From the IMG/VR virus record IMGVR_UViG_2061766007_000806: DNA of 56,460 nt, one strand, 5' to 3'. This DNA is from an uncultured virus (IMG/VR IMGVR_UViG_2061766007_000806). Its lineage: Duplodnaviria; Heunggongvirae; Uroviricota; Caudoviricetes. The position numbers and the translations under genes are program-made. The notes beneath the pieces were generated by a model. It was given only the letters and a program-made list of their open reading frames with translations. It did no database searches and was not told the origin of the DNA. Below are positions 38,806 to 47,531 of this stretch, in pieces (positions within the stretch are counted from its first letter, which is position 1; every line of letters starts with the position of its first letter).

Positions 38806-39897
38806 TTATACCACCAAGCATAATATCGTTGTTACGGCATCATCCGACAGCTTAATTGACTTCAGGTCTCCAAAGCAAATGTCCACTGTATCACCCGTCT
38901 GTGCCTTTACCTGTGAGAGTAGCATACTCATATAAATAGAGCACGGATAAATAGCCTCCTTATCGCCCTCTATGTACGGAACTATCTCGATACTATCTGA
39001 CTGCTTACTTGAAAGCTCTATACCACCATCAGCGCCGAACTTCAGGTCAACCGTATCCTCATCATATTCGCTCACGAACAACGAAAGCCTCTCAAGCGCC
39101 TGAATCAGGTCGGGTTTGGAAACCTTACACTTATAAGGGTATGCTGTATCCACATAGGCGTTGATTGCATCGACAGCGAAGTTATCTACGCCGGGCATCG
39201 CATAACCTATCAACAGGAAGTTCGTGCCACTGAACAGAAGTCTATTGCCATTTTGCTCTATTACGATAGGCTCATCTCCTGCATAAACACCGAGCATGTC
39301 CATGGCTTGTGGACAAACCAACACGGGTGTAGTAGAAATCTCCTTCCGATAACAGCTCGCCGTATTCGTATCTGTTGCGAGTCCTGTCTCACCCAAGTAG
39401 TAATGAACGTACTGAGGTATGTCAGCCTTGATTGCTAATGACGGCTTCAGCGCCCTAAGGATTGTTGCTATGTCTGTGGTATCAAGCTGCCCTAAGCGCT
39501 GGTTCAACTCAGGTGAAGTCAGAATCTTCTTGAACGGGTCAGTGTATTCTACCATCTTTCCTGTGCTCACGTCAATCTCAACAGGAAGCTTATAGTTGCC
39601 GTTACCTGTAATCATTAAACAGTTATTCTTTACTTCAAGGGAGACATTCTCGCTAGTCAGCCTAGAAATCAGCTTTACAAACTGATTAGCCTGTACTACG
39701 GCATAGAAATCTTTGTCAGTCTCTACTTTGTCTGAGATGTACAGGAAGTTATCGCTATCCGTACTTATCAGGGTAAACACCCCGTTCTCTAACTTGAGCG
39801 CCATCATCTCTGTCAAGGGCTTCAGCTTGTTATTGCCGACCCCCTTGAATGATTTGGTCGCCATCTCCTGAAGTTTTGTTGTCTTGAATGTTATCAT
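38806..39897 (-). CDS. dnaN: DNA sliding clamp (beta/DnaN-like)
   Basis: 363 aa three-domain size; LISTD, LATD, L.QALERLSLF motifs; co-encoded clamp loader. Confidence 0.8.
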   Translation of the reverse strand: MITFKTTKLQEMATKSFKGVGNNKLKPLTEMMALKLENGVFTLISTDSDNFLYISDKVETDKDFYAVVQANQFVKLISRLTSENVSLEVKNNCLMITGNGNYKLPVEIDVSTGKMVEYTDPFKKILTSPELNQRLGQLDTTDIATILRALKPSLAIKADIPQYVHYYLGETGLATDTNTASCYRKEISTTPVLVCPQAMDMLGVYAGDEPIVIEQNGNRLLFSGTNFLLIGYAMPGVDNFAVDAINAYVDTAYPYKCKVSKPDLIQALERLSLFVSEYDEDTVDLKFGADGGIELSSKQSDSIEIVPYIEGDKEAIYPCSIYMSMLLSQVKAQTGDTVDICFGDLKSIKLSDDAVTTILCLVV

Positions 39898-39911
39898 ATC
39901 TATCCTCCTGT

Positions 39912-40079
39912 TTATTTATTGTCTCTCCAATGATTTGAGAAAAAGCTCCGTCTCTTCACGATTGTAGGCTTGCCATCGAAGTCCATGTAATTGTACCTAG
40001 TCTTGTTCGGCTGAGTGATGCCTGCCTGTTCCATTTGATGTTTTGCCACTGACCTCTTTAATTTTCTTAAGCTTCCCAT
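39912..40079 (-). CDS. Small basic hypothetical protein
   Basis: MGSLRKLKRSVAKHQM...; fills gap between genes. Confidence 0.5.
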   Translation of the reverse strand: MGSLRKLKRSVAKHQMEQAGITQPNKTRYNYMDFDGKPTIVKRRSFFSNHWRDNK

Positions 40080-40080
40080 A

Positions 40081-40785
40081 CTAAAACAATCCTTTCCTGA
40101 CGTTATCAAAAATATTCTCCGTACTTGTTTTCGGACACGCCCCCTCTTGTTTCGGGTACGGGAGTATGTCGTATTTCAACTTAGCTAACAGCTCCTTCTT
40201 GCGCTTCTTATCACAGTTAAAATAGATGTACCTGTGCTTGTGTGACCTCTCCTTAGCATAAATATTAGCACCGTTAGCCATTGCCTTCTTTATGCCTTCC
40301 ACCCCACCATATCGCTCACTAACTGATTTGTGATGGAGCACTTTACCATCTTTCTCTATCTCCACATAGTCGGTATGGTTGCCTTGTGTGATGCCTGTGT
40401 AATAGAAATTCGTAGCCTGATATATTATGCCGACATGGTTATAACCTATATCGGAAAAGCTCACTATAATCTCCTTATCGAGCATCTTCAAGGTATTGCC
40501 GACTAAATAGGATTCCAAGTTCCTCTCTAAGCCGTCATCGACGTATAGCCTCGTAAGCTCATAGACATTGTACTTTTCTTCCACGCCACATATCTGTTCG
40601 CACAAACCGTTACTTACGGGACTTCCATAAATCACCACGCCCACAATTCGGTTCAGCTTCCTCGAAAATAATCCGAAAGCTCTCGTGTAGGGAGCTGCCC
40701 GGTGAGCGTAGTGGCACTTAATCACAATGTCGGTAGCTGTTTGGTAATTGACCTCCTGAATATAGTAATCGTCCTTTATGCTCAT
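40081..40785 (-). CDS. Mom-like (GNAT) DNA adenine modification acetyltransferase
   Basis: HY...FGLF...GVVIYG.P...ELTRL...SFSD...H.GIIYQATNFYYTG...KHRY. Confidence 0.85.
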   Translation of the reverse strand: MSIKDDYYIQEVNYQTATDIVIKCHYAHRAAPYTRAFGLFSRKLNRIVGVVIYGSPVSNGLCEQICGVEEKYNVYELTRLYVDDGLERNLESYLVGNTLKMLDKEIIVSFSDIGYNHVGIIYQATNFYYTGITQGNHTDYVEIEKDGKVLHHKSVSERYGGVEGIKKAMANGANIYAKERSHKHRYIYFNCDKKRKKELLAKLKYDILPYPKQEGACPKTSTENIFDNVRKGLF

Positions 40786-41816
40786 TCCTCTTCTTCCTCT
40801 TCATCTTCAAACTCAAGCTCGACACCATACCAACACTTGGATACAGTTACATCGCACTTGATTGGCATTCCTAATATCTTCTCAGCCGCATTACTCATTG
40901 TCTGTGCTAACAAGGCTGAACACTCCTTAGCATTGGTCTCAGGACATTCAGCTATTATCTCATCATGCACGGGAATCAGCATCTTAAATCCAAGTTCCTT
41001 CAGACGCTTGTTAGCAAACAGGTCTATCATCGCTAACTTGGTCAAGTCGGCTGCACTTCCCTGTATTCGGGCATTAACACACTGTCGGGTCGCTGACGCT
41101 ATCTTGGTCTTGTTGCTGACAATATCTATACCATCAGCCTCGGCATCAGCAAATATCTTTTCACGTTCCCTCTTGTATCGGGCTGACATCAGCCTGTTCC
41201 AATAATAATCACAAAGTTCATCGGGTACGCTATCATCCGAGATTGTATCAAAATCCAAAGGGTCGTCGTATGGGTTCTTCTGAGGGTTTATCCACTTGAA
41301 ATCATACTCAGGTAACTGTAAATCGGGTAATCTCCTCTTGCGCCCACACACGGTAGTTACATATCCGAGTTCGTGCGCCATCTCTAGGCTGTCATGCTCG
41401 AATTTTTTAATAGCTGGAAATCCTTGGAACACGGAGTCTTTTATCGCCTGTGCCTCGTCCTCCGAACAGTGTAGTTGCTCAGCGACGCTCGCCGTGCTTC
41501 GTCCGTACAGCACACCTAACAGGATACTCTTGGCATTGCCACGGTACAGCTTGCCTTCAGGATTGGTCTTATCAGTCTTGTTGCCATGCTCATCTAGATA
41601 GAACTCGAGACAGTCCACATAATCCCTGTGGAAAGACACGCTCGCTATCTCAGCATACAGGTCTTTACCCTCCATAAAGGTGTTATACATCTGTGAATCA
41701 CCCTGTTGCCGACATAATGCCGCTAAGCATTTGGGTTCTTGCTGTGACTTTTTATGTTAAGAAAAGTCACTACTCAATAGCACATAATTTCTACGAGTTA
41801 GTAACTTTTTTGACAT
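40782..41816 (-). CDS. polA: Family A DNA polymerase, C-terminal half, with in-frame TAA at 41757-41759 (candidate ribosomal bypass)
   Basis: [28 protein letters not shown]...DLY...[14 protein letters not shown] (motif B)...[10 protein letters not shown]...VHDE (motif C); GGGGGTG RBS before ATG 41816. Confidence 0.85.
41744..41770 (-). other. Stop-containing hairpin inside polymerase motif A (putative recoding element)
   Basis: GUGACUUUU-CUUAACAUA-AAAAGUCAC perfect 9-bp stem; codons UCU UAA CAU AAA AAG UCA. Confidence 0.75.
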
Positions 41817-42252
41817 CCATATCACCCCCTCGGTTAGACAAAAACTGCCCATTTTTCTTATCTCTTCGATTTTCTAAATCTAGCTTGTGATACTCTTTTT
41901 GATGTTCACTTCTAGTCGTAAGCTCAAGATTTTCAAACCTGTTATCCAATCTGTCACCGTTTTTATGATGTACCACTTCATCACTAGTCAACGGACGTCC
42001 TAAATGCTCTTCCATAACCTTACGATGTACAAAATATCTTGCACCTTTTACAGACACACACGCATAGCCATCGTATATGTAAGTTCTCGGCTTTCGGTCT
42101 CCTCCACGTCTATTAGCGATACCCATAGCCACTACTTTATGAAGTATGGATGATTGAGACCTGTTTAAGTGATTTGCGCATTTGACTACTCCAAGAGTTT
42201 CATAATTAGCAAACAACCAAGCTTCATCTTCTTTTGACCACCATTTTCGCAT
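41791..42252 (-). CDS. Free-standing HNH homing endonuclease inserted in polA
   Basis: VHRKVME.HLGRPL...[20 protein letters not shown]....H; N-terminal WSKEDE Myb/HTH-like domain. Confidence 0.9.
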   Translation of the reverse strand: MRKWWSKEDEAWLFANYETLGVVKCANHLNRSQSSILHKVVAMGIANRRGGDRKPRTYIYDGYACVSVKGARYFVHRKVMEEHLGRPLTSDEVVHHKNGDRLDNRFENLELTTRSEHQKEYHKLDLENRRDKKNGQFLSNRGGDMDVKKVTNS

Positions 42253-42299
42253 ATGACTTTCACCCCCTTACAAGGAATATTCTATCACATAAAGGGATA

Positions 42300-43883
42300 T
42301 TATGCAAGACTTATTACATAACTATTATTATATTTGTCATACTTAAGTTGAATATCACAGATTGTAGCTTCAGTCCCGTCCTCGAACTTCAGTATATCAC
42401 CTACGCTTAGCTTAGATGCTAATTTCCAACCAGCACTTGTAACCACTTCACACCAACGCTCAACAACAATAGTGTTATCATGCTCCTCTACTTCTCGCTC
42501 TGAACAATCAGCCACAAAAGATTTACGAATATCGTGATTCTTAGAGGGCAAATTCTGCAAGTTGGGGTCGTTACTTGAAAATCGTCCTGTGTCAGCGCCA
42601 TACTGATTGAATGAACAGTGAATCCTGTTATCCTTAGCCTCAACACAATTTGGTAGCTTATCAATATAGGTGCTGACTAGCTTCTCAAACTTCCTGTACG
42701 CTAAGACAGCCTTGCATATCGGATGGTCGATACTACCGAGAATTGCTTTTCCTGTCCCTCTGATTGGCTTCTTGGTGCGCTTATCCACGCCTGCATCTAA
42801 CTTCAGTATATCAAACAGAAATGTCTCAAGCTGAGAAGGGCTAGCCACGTTAATCGGGACATCGAGCTTCAGTTTCGGATGCGCCTGTTTATACGCCTGA
42901 ACATCCTTCTCATACGGCTTCAACAGCTCGTGCAATTCCTTCAGTTGGTCATCCAACAGCCCATGATATTTGGTCGCAAGCTCCTGATTGTAGGCGAAGT
43001 CAAAAGCCACGCCTGTATCTTCCATGTCCACCACGACATTGACGATAGGCATCTCTATGTTCTGAAATACCCATGCTACGCCGTTCATGCCGTTCCTGTC
43101 CTCAGGTGTGGTTGTTGGGTCGTATGTCAAGTAGGGTCTTTGGAAGTCGCAATATTCTGTTGTAATCACAGGGTCATGCCCTGCATAAAGCAAGGCTGTA
43201 TCCAACGGGATGTTTGTAAAGGGTACTTTCTTGAACAGGTCGTCGAATGCAAAGGCATCGCCCTCTCCATGCAAGCAATACTTATTATGGAGCTGTTTCA
43301 AGCCCTTCTGAGACTTGGGCTCGTTTTCGTTCATCAGCCTTGAGCCTATAGAAGCGTCCCATGTGCAATAAGTATCTACTATCCCGAATGCCTTCATAAA
43401 CCGAATATCGAATGCTGCGTTGAACATATCTATATCAGGTCGCCACTTATAGTTCAATAATTCTTCAAACTCCCGTATGATTATCTCAGGAGGGAGCTGT
43501 CCCTTTATAAGCTCGCCTGTAATATAGTTTATGTGGTTTATTGGGATATATGCGCCCTTTTCTCCACGTCCGTTGATACAAATACCTGCTATTCTATGTT
43601 GAAACGGATTTAAGCCTTCCGTCTCGGTATCGATTGAAATATATCTGTTGTCACGACAAGACTTCAGGTAATTGTGTAGTTGTTCCTCGCCCATGATGAG
43701 AATGTGCTTGTCTCGATATTCTCCGAGTGCTGAATCAACCTTGTGAACAATATTCTGAATCTGACTAGCAAGACCTCCACCCCGTACTGAAGTGGAGGTC
43801 TTTTTAGCCTTGCTTTTTACCTTCTGAAGTATTGCCTTATCCTGACTTGCGCCCTGTCGTATCGGAACATCGAATAACGGCAT
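42300..43883 (-). CDS. polA: Family A DNA polymerase, N-terminal half (3'-5' exonuclease + thumb/palm start) with Hint-like tail
   Basis: SIDTETEGL, FNAAFD, YAGHD, TGRFSSNDPNLQNLP..IRKSFVA, then EVVTSAGWKLASKLSVGDIL. Confidence 0.92.
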   Translation of the reverse strand: MPLFDVPIRQGASQDKAILQKVKSKAKKTSTSVRGGGLASQIQNIVHKVDSALGEYRDKHILIMGEEQLHNYLKSCRDNRYISIDTETEGLNPFQHRIAGICINGRGEKGAYIPINHINYITGELIKGQLPPEIIIREFEELLNYKWRPDIDMFNAAFDIRFMKAFGIVDTYCTWDASIGSRLMNENEPKSQKGLKQLHNKYCLHGEGDAFAFDDLFKKVPFTNIPLDTALLYAGHDPVITTEYCDFQRPYLTYDPTTTPEDRNGMNGVAWVFQNIEMPIVNVVVDMEDTGVAFDFAYNQELATKYHGLLDDQLKELHELLKPYEKDVQAYKQAHPKLKLDVPINVASPSQLETFLFDILKLDAGVDKRTKKPIRGTGKAILGSIDHPICKAVLAYRKFEKLVSTYIDKLPNCVEAKDNRIHCSFNQYGADTGRFSSNDPNLQNLPSKNHDIRKSFVADCSEREVEEHDNTIVVERWCEVVTSAGWKLASKLSVGDILKFEDGTEATICDIQLKYDKYNNSYVISLA

Positions 43884-44548
43884 TAGAATACCTCTCTTCT
43901 TCCTCCATTAGAAGGTGTGCGTCTAGGTACTTCCTGAGCGCTCTGTGCCTGTGTTGCGCCCCTACGGATTATCGGCTGTCCCTGTCCACCTTCATTAGGA
44001 AATGCGCCTGTCTGAACATAGGTTGCAAGTTCATCGGCTGTCTTATCTAAGACGATTGTGCCGAATGCGTTAGGAATCTCCTCGAATGAATCAAGTGTTG
44101 TGTCATCCTGACCTGTCTCGAATATCTCATATGTTGTCTTTGTGTCGCCGGGCTTGCCTACTCTCTCAATCTCGAATGTGTGAGATACGAGGTTGGGGAA
44201 TCTTGAACAGATTGTGGAAATCTTAGCGCCGAACTGTTTTCCACGCTCCCACGACTGTACACGCTGTTCCTTGATATTGTACAACGGGATGAAATACTTA
44301 ACGGTTACGGGCATCTTTGCTGCACAGCAAGGACACACATCAATAGGCTGTCCATAGTCCCTGAGACAGTTCACATAACGCTTCTTACCGTCTACTTCAA
44401 TCTCATGTACGGCGTATCCCTCGACATCCTCAATGCCGTTTAACAGGAATCTCACCTGAGCTACTTCATGGTCATTCTTTAAGCCGAAAAATCCAGCTCC
44501 ACCCTGACCACCATAATTGTCGGCTTCATTTACTCCAAATCTTGCCAT
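43883..44548 (-). CDS. ssb: Single-stranded DNA-binding protein (gp32-like)
   Basis: FFGLKND...VRFL...H...C...CPCC...IERVG...TTYE. Confidence 0.75.
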   Translation of the reverse strand: MARFGVNEADNYGGQGGAGFFGLKNDHEVAQVRFLLNGIEDVEGYAVHEIEVDGKKRYVNCLRDYGQPIDVCPCCAAKMPVTVKYFIPLYNIKEQRVQSWERGKQFGAKISTICSRFPNLVSHTFEIERVGKPGDTKTTYEIFETGQDDTTLDSFEEIPNAFGTIVLDKTADELATYVQTGAFPNEGGQGQPIIRRGATQAQSAQEVPRRTPSNGGRREVF

Positions 44549-44601
44549 CTGTTTTTCCTCCTTCAAGGTTTTTAGTTTTTATAGTCTCGGCTCATGCCGA
44601 A

Positions 44602-44674
44602 CAGCCCTTGGTGGATTTGAACCACCGAATCAGGGAGTCAAAGTCCCTTGCCTTAACCACTTGGCTAAAAGGCT
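44602..44674 (-). tRNA. tRNA-Gln(UUG), no encoded CCA
   Basis: Acceptor AGCCTTT/AAGGGCT, D arm GCCAAGTGGTTAAGGC, anticodon arm AGGGA-CTTTGAC-TCCCT, T arm GGTGG-TTCAAAT-CCACC. Confidence 0.92.
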
Positions 44675-44779
44675 TCGGTGGCAACAGCGCTATGTTGCCA
44701 CCTTCTCACGAAGTACTATGAAATTGGGTATATTGCCGAACATTCTATTTGCAAAAGGGCATTCTCGGCTTCGCCTTGC

Positions 44780-44836
44780 TAGCGTGGGTGGGGATTTGAA
44801 CCCCACCTATCTGACCTGTATCCGTCAGTCACGCTA
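44780..44836 (-). ncRNA. D-armless tRNA-like RNA
   Basis: TAGCGTG/CACGCTA 7-bp stem, CTGAC-8nt-GTCAG hairpin, GG-TTCAAAT-CC T-loop arm. Confidence 0.55.
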
Positions 44837-44873
44837 AAATGGAAAGTAAAATGTGTAAGTATATGGGGAAATG

Positions 44874-45158
44874 TTAAGCATTTGTGATAGAAGTAATCCT
44901 GAACATCAGATTTGTCTGAGCCTTGCTGTACTTCTCATATAAGCCGTCAGCCTTGAGAGCCTTGGTATCAACTACCTTCTTCTCATATGCTTCGTAGAAT
45001 ACCCTGTGGATACCTGTATCAATGCAATCAACGTTCTGTGCATCGAGTTCAGCCTTAATCTCAGCCTTTGCTGAATCAGCTATTGCCTTAAGTTCCTTAA
45101 TCTGTGCCTCGAGAAGTTCAATCTCGGTAATCTTTGCATTGATTTGTGCGTTTGTCAT
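44874..45158 (-). CDS. Hypothetical coiled-coil protein
   Basis: AAAGGAG RBS; VDTKALKAD motif. Confidence 0.7.
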   Translation of the reverse strand: MTNAQINAKITEIELLEAQIKELKAIADSAKAEIKAELDAQNVDCIDTGIHRVFYEAYEKKVVDTKALKADGLYEKYSKAQTNLMFRITSITNA

Positions 45159-45224
45159 AATGTTTTCTCCTTTTCTTGAGTGATTTGAGTGTTTAGCAAG
45201 TTCTGTTTCCCTTGCTGTGATTAT

Positions 45225-45253
45225 AATATATCATAATGTTTTGGGATTGTCAA
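45225..45253 (-). promoter_or_regulatory. Sigma-A promoter
   Basis: AAGTAC-TTGACA-17-TATATT. Confidence 0.75.
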
Positions 45254-45282
45254 GTACTTTTTTGAAAAATTTTCAAAACTTT

Positions 45283-46233
45283 TTAAAAATATTCTTTCAA
45301 GCTGTCAAACATCTGTTTGTCCATATCGTTTATATCCTTTGCCTGTTTTAAATCCCACTTATATTCTGTAATGATTTTGTTCGGAACGTTCTTCTTAATG
45401 CGCTCACGTGCCTGCATTCCCGCCGAATCAGCGTCAGTGGCTAGAATATACTTACGACATGGTAAAGACCGTAATTGGCGAAACTGAAGCTCTGTACCTA
45501 GTCCATTTAGCGCTACGCTCGGCTTGCCGAAAACATAGCTTGCATGTGTATCAAGCATCGACTCGCATATCACTATCTCTTTCGGGAACTCAGGCAACTG
45601 ATACAGCTCGTAGAGCCCGTATAACGGCTTTTCAGCCCCCGATGGATAATTAAAGTACTTTGTATTGACTGAGCGCCTTGCCACGAACAGTGTGCCTCCT
45701 GTCCTGTCCCTCACGGGAAATGTCAGGCATTGTGTGTTTTTATCATAGCCAATGTCGAACAGTTCAATCACCTCATCCGTAAGCTTACGCTTGCGCATGT
45801 ACGGGTGTAGGAATCTGTACCCATCAAGCTCCTCCTCTGACACGTACTGCTTTGCCGTACTGCTTCGCCGACGGCTTAAATCAAGGTCTATATCCTTCCT
45901 GTCTACCACACTGACTGTAAGGAAGTTCTTCAACAGCCATTGCCATCCGAACAGGTCGGTCTTATCATCTCCTCCGAGGGTAAATGAAATCAATTCAGGA
46001 AGGCTTACTACCTTGTCACAGGCAAAACAGTGGCATATCCCGTTATCTTTTCGGATACCCATTGACGGTCTTTGCTCCTGTCCGTCCTTGTGATAAGGGC
46101 AAGCTACCATCAGGTTGTCGGGAGTGTCCTGAACAACCTGAAGGAGCTGTATTTTGTTGAGTTGTAGCTGATTACGCAACTCTTCTATTATCTCGTTGCA
46201 TGTTGCATTAAATATTGTGCCATTTATAGTCAT
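45283..46233 (-). CDS. DNA primase (CHC2 zinc finger + TOPRIM)
   Basis: CPYH...PS...CHCFAC; ICES.LD; DAD.AG; KDIND. Confidence 0.9.
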   Translation of the reverse strand: MTINGTIFNATCNEIIEELRNQLQLNKIQLLQVVQDTPDNLMVACPYHKDGQEQRPSMGIRKDNGICHCFACDKVVSLPELISFTLGGDDKTDLFGWQWLLKNFLTVSVVDRKDIDLDLSRRRSSTAKQYVSEEELDGYRFLHPYMRKRKLTDEVIELFDIGYDKNTQCLTFPVRDRTGGTLFVARRSVNTKYFNYPSGAEKPLYGLYELYQLPEFPKEIVICESMLDTHASYVFGKPSVALNGLGTELQFRQLRSLPCRKYILATDADSAGMQARERIKKNVPNKIITEYKWDLKQAKDINDMDKQMFDSLKEYF

Positions 46234-47531
46234 CAGAACACGTCCTTTTTGTTCTTGTACTTATCTCTCTGAGTGTCTGCCTTCTCCCTTGAGCGCTCTC
46301 TCGGCTCAGGGTCATCTATTGACGGGATGTAAGTGTATCTACCTGTGTTAATGTCCCACGTGTATTTAAGCTTACCACCTCTAAAACCACTTCTATTCTT
46401 CTTCACGCCAATCTCAAGCACGTTATCTTTCTTTTGTTGGATTGACAATATCTTACTTGCGTTATGTGCAATACCATCGCTGTCCCTTATGCTCTCCAAG
46501 TCGGGTGTGCCATCTGAATCTTCCCCGACTACGCCTGACCTGTTTGCCTGTACAACAGCACATACGGGAATGCCTAACTCAACTGATAAGCCCATCAAAT
46601 CCTCGCTTATATTGGTGAGTGATTTGGTCGTGCTGTCGCCTTTCTTATATCTCTCATCGGTAAGATATGTTAAGCCGTCGATTGCTATCAGGTCAAGCTT
46701 CCATTGTTTTACCCAATTCTTAAGCTTCGTTATCGTGGTCTCGCCATCGAAATCCTTGGGTGTAGAAACTATAAACTTGTTCGGCTTCTGCTCCAACTCT
46801 TCGATATACTTCAGGTATTCTTCTTCATCAAGGTCTGAACCTCCTGACATCAATGACCTGTTTGAGTAGTGGTTTCTCAGCGTATCGAATCGGAACCCGA
46901 GCTTGGTGTCTGACATCTCGGCTGAGTAGTATCCGACATTGAATCCACAGCCCCATATATGCGAACAGATAAGCTCCAACAGCCAACTCTTACCATTACT
47001 TGTTCTTGCCACTATCAACAGGAACTCTTCTTTTCGCTCTATTCCGTCTATCAGGTCATCAAGCTCTTTAAGTCCACTCTCGAATCTCCATTTATCAGGA
47101 TTGTCCCTACGCTCTTTATACGCCTCATATCGGCGTTTTGCCTGTGAGACTATATCTGTACCACCTATCTTGTAATTAGGCTGTAAAATAGCCATCTGTG
47201 AAGCCATATACTCTGCTGCTGCGTTGCTGTCCGTCTTAAGTAGCTCAGCCATGTGTTTCATAACAGGAACGGATTGCTGATAGAGGTACTCTTCTCGTAT
47301 CGTATCGACTAAATATTTGTCACTCTCCGTTACTTCCACAAGCTCAAATTCAGGGAAGTTGGATAAGAAGGTCGCCTTATCGGGCACGTTCCCATATTTC
47401 TGAATGTGGTCTTGTATAAAATCAAACTCGTTCTCGTAACCCGTGAAGTAATCCCGTGTCAGACTATTCTCTTCCACGATAGTGTTACTCTTGGACTCCA
47501 AGATTTTCGACATTATTTGTAGTGCCGTCAC
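46233..47531 (-). CDS. DnaB-like replicative helicase
   Basis: ARTSNGKS, SAEMS, IAIDG, QANR, DSDGI, KNR. Confidence 0.92.
   Translation of the reverse strand: MTALQIMSKILESKSNTIVEENSLTRDYFTGYENEFDFIQDHIQKYGNVPDKATFLSNFPEFELVEVTESDKYLVDTIREEYLYQQSVPVMKHMAELLKTDSNAAAEYMASQMAILQPNYKIGGTDIVSQAKRRYEAYKERRDNPDKWRFESGLKELDDLIDGIERKEEFLLIVARTSNGKSWLLELICSHIWGCGFNVGYYSAEMSDTKLGFRFDTLRNHYSNRSLMSGGSDLDEEEYLKYIEELEQKPNKFIVSTPKDFDGETTITKLKNWVKQWKLDLIAIDGLTYLTDERYKKGDSTTKSLTNISEDLMGLSVELGIPVCAVVQANRSGVVGEDSDGTPDLESIRDSDGIAHNASKILSIQQKKDNVLEIGVKKNRSGFRGGKLKYTWDINTGRYTYIPSIDDPEPRERSREKADTQRDKYKNKKDVF

Noticed and set aside
40782..41816. polA as a pseudogene, or stop-codon reassignment
   Set aside because: All catalytic motifs are intact and TAA ends many other genes normally
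41760..42510. Group I intron in polA carrying the HNH
   Set aside because: Only ~47 nt of non-coding DNA before the HNH and none after it; no space or motifs for a ribozyme core
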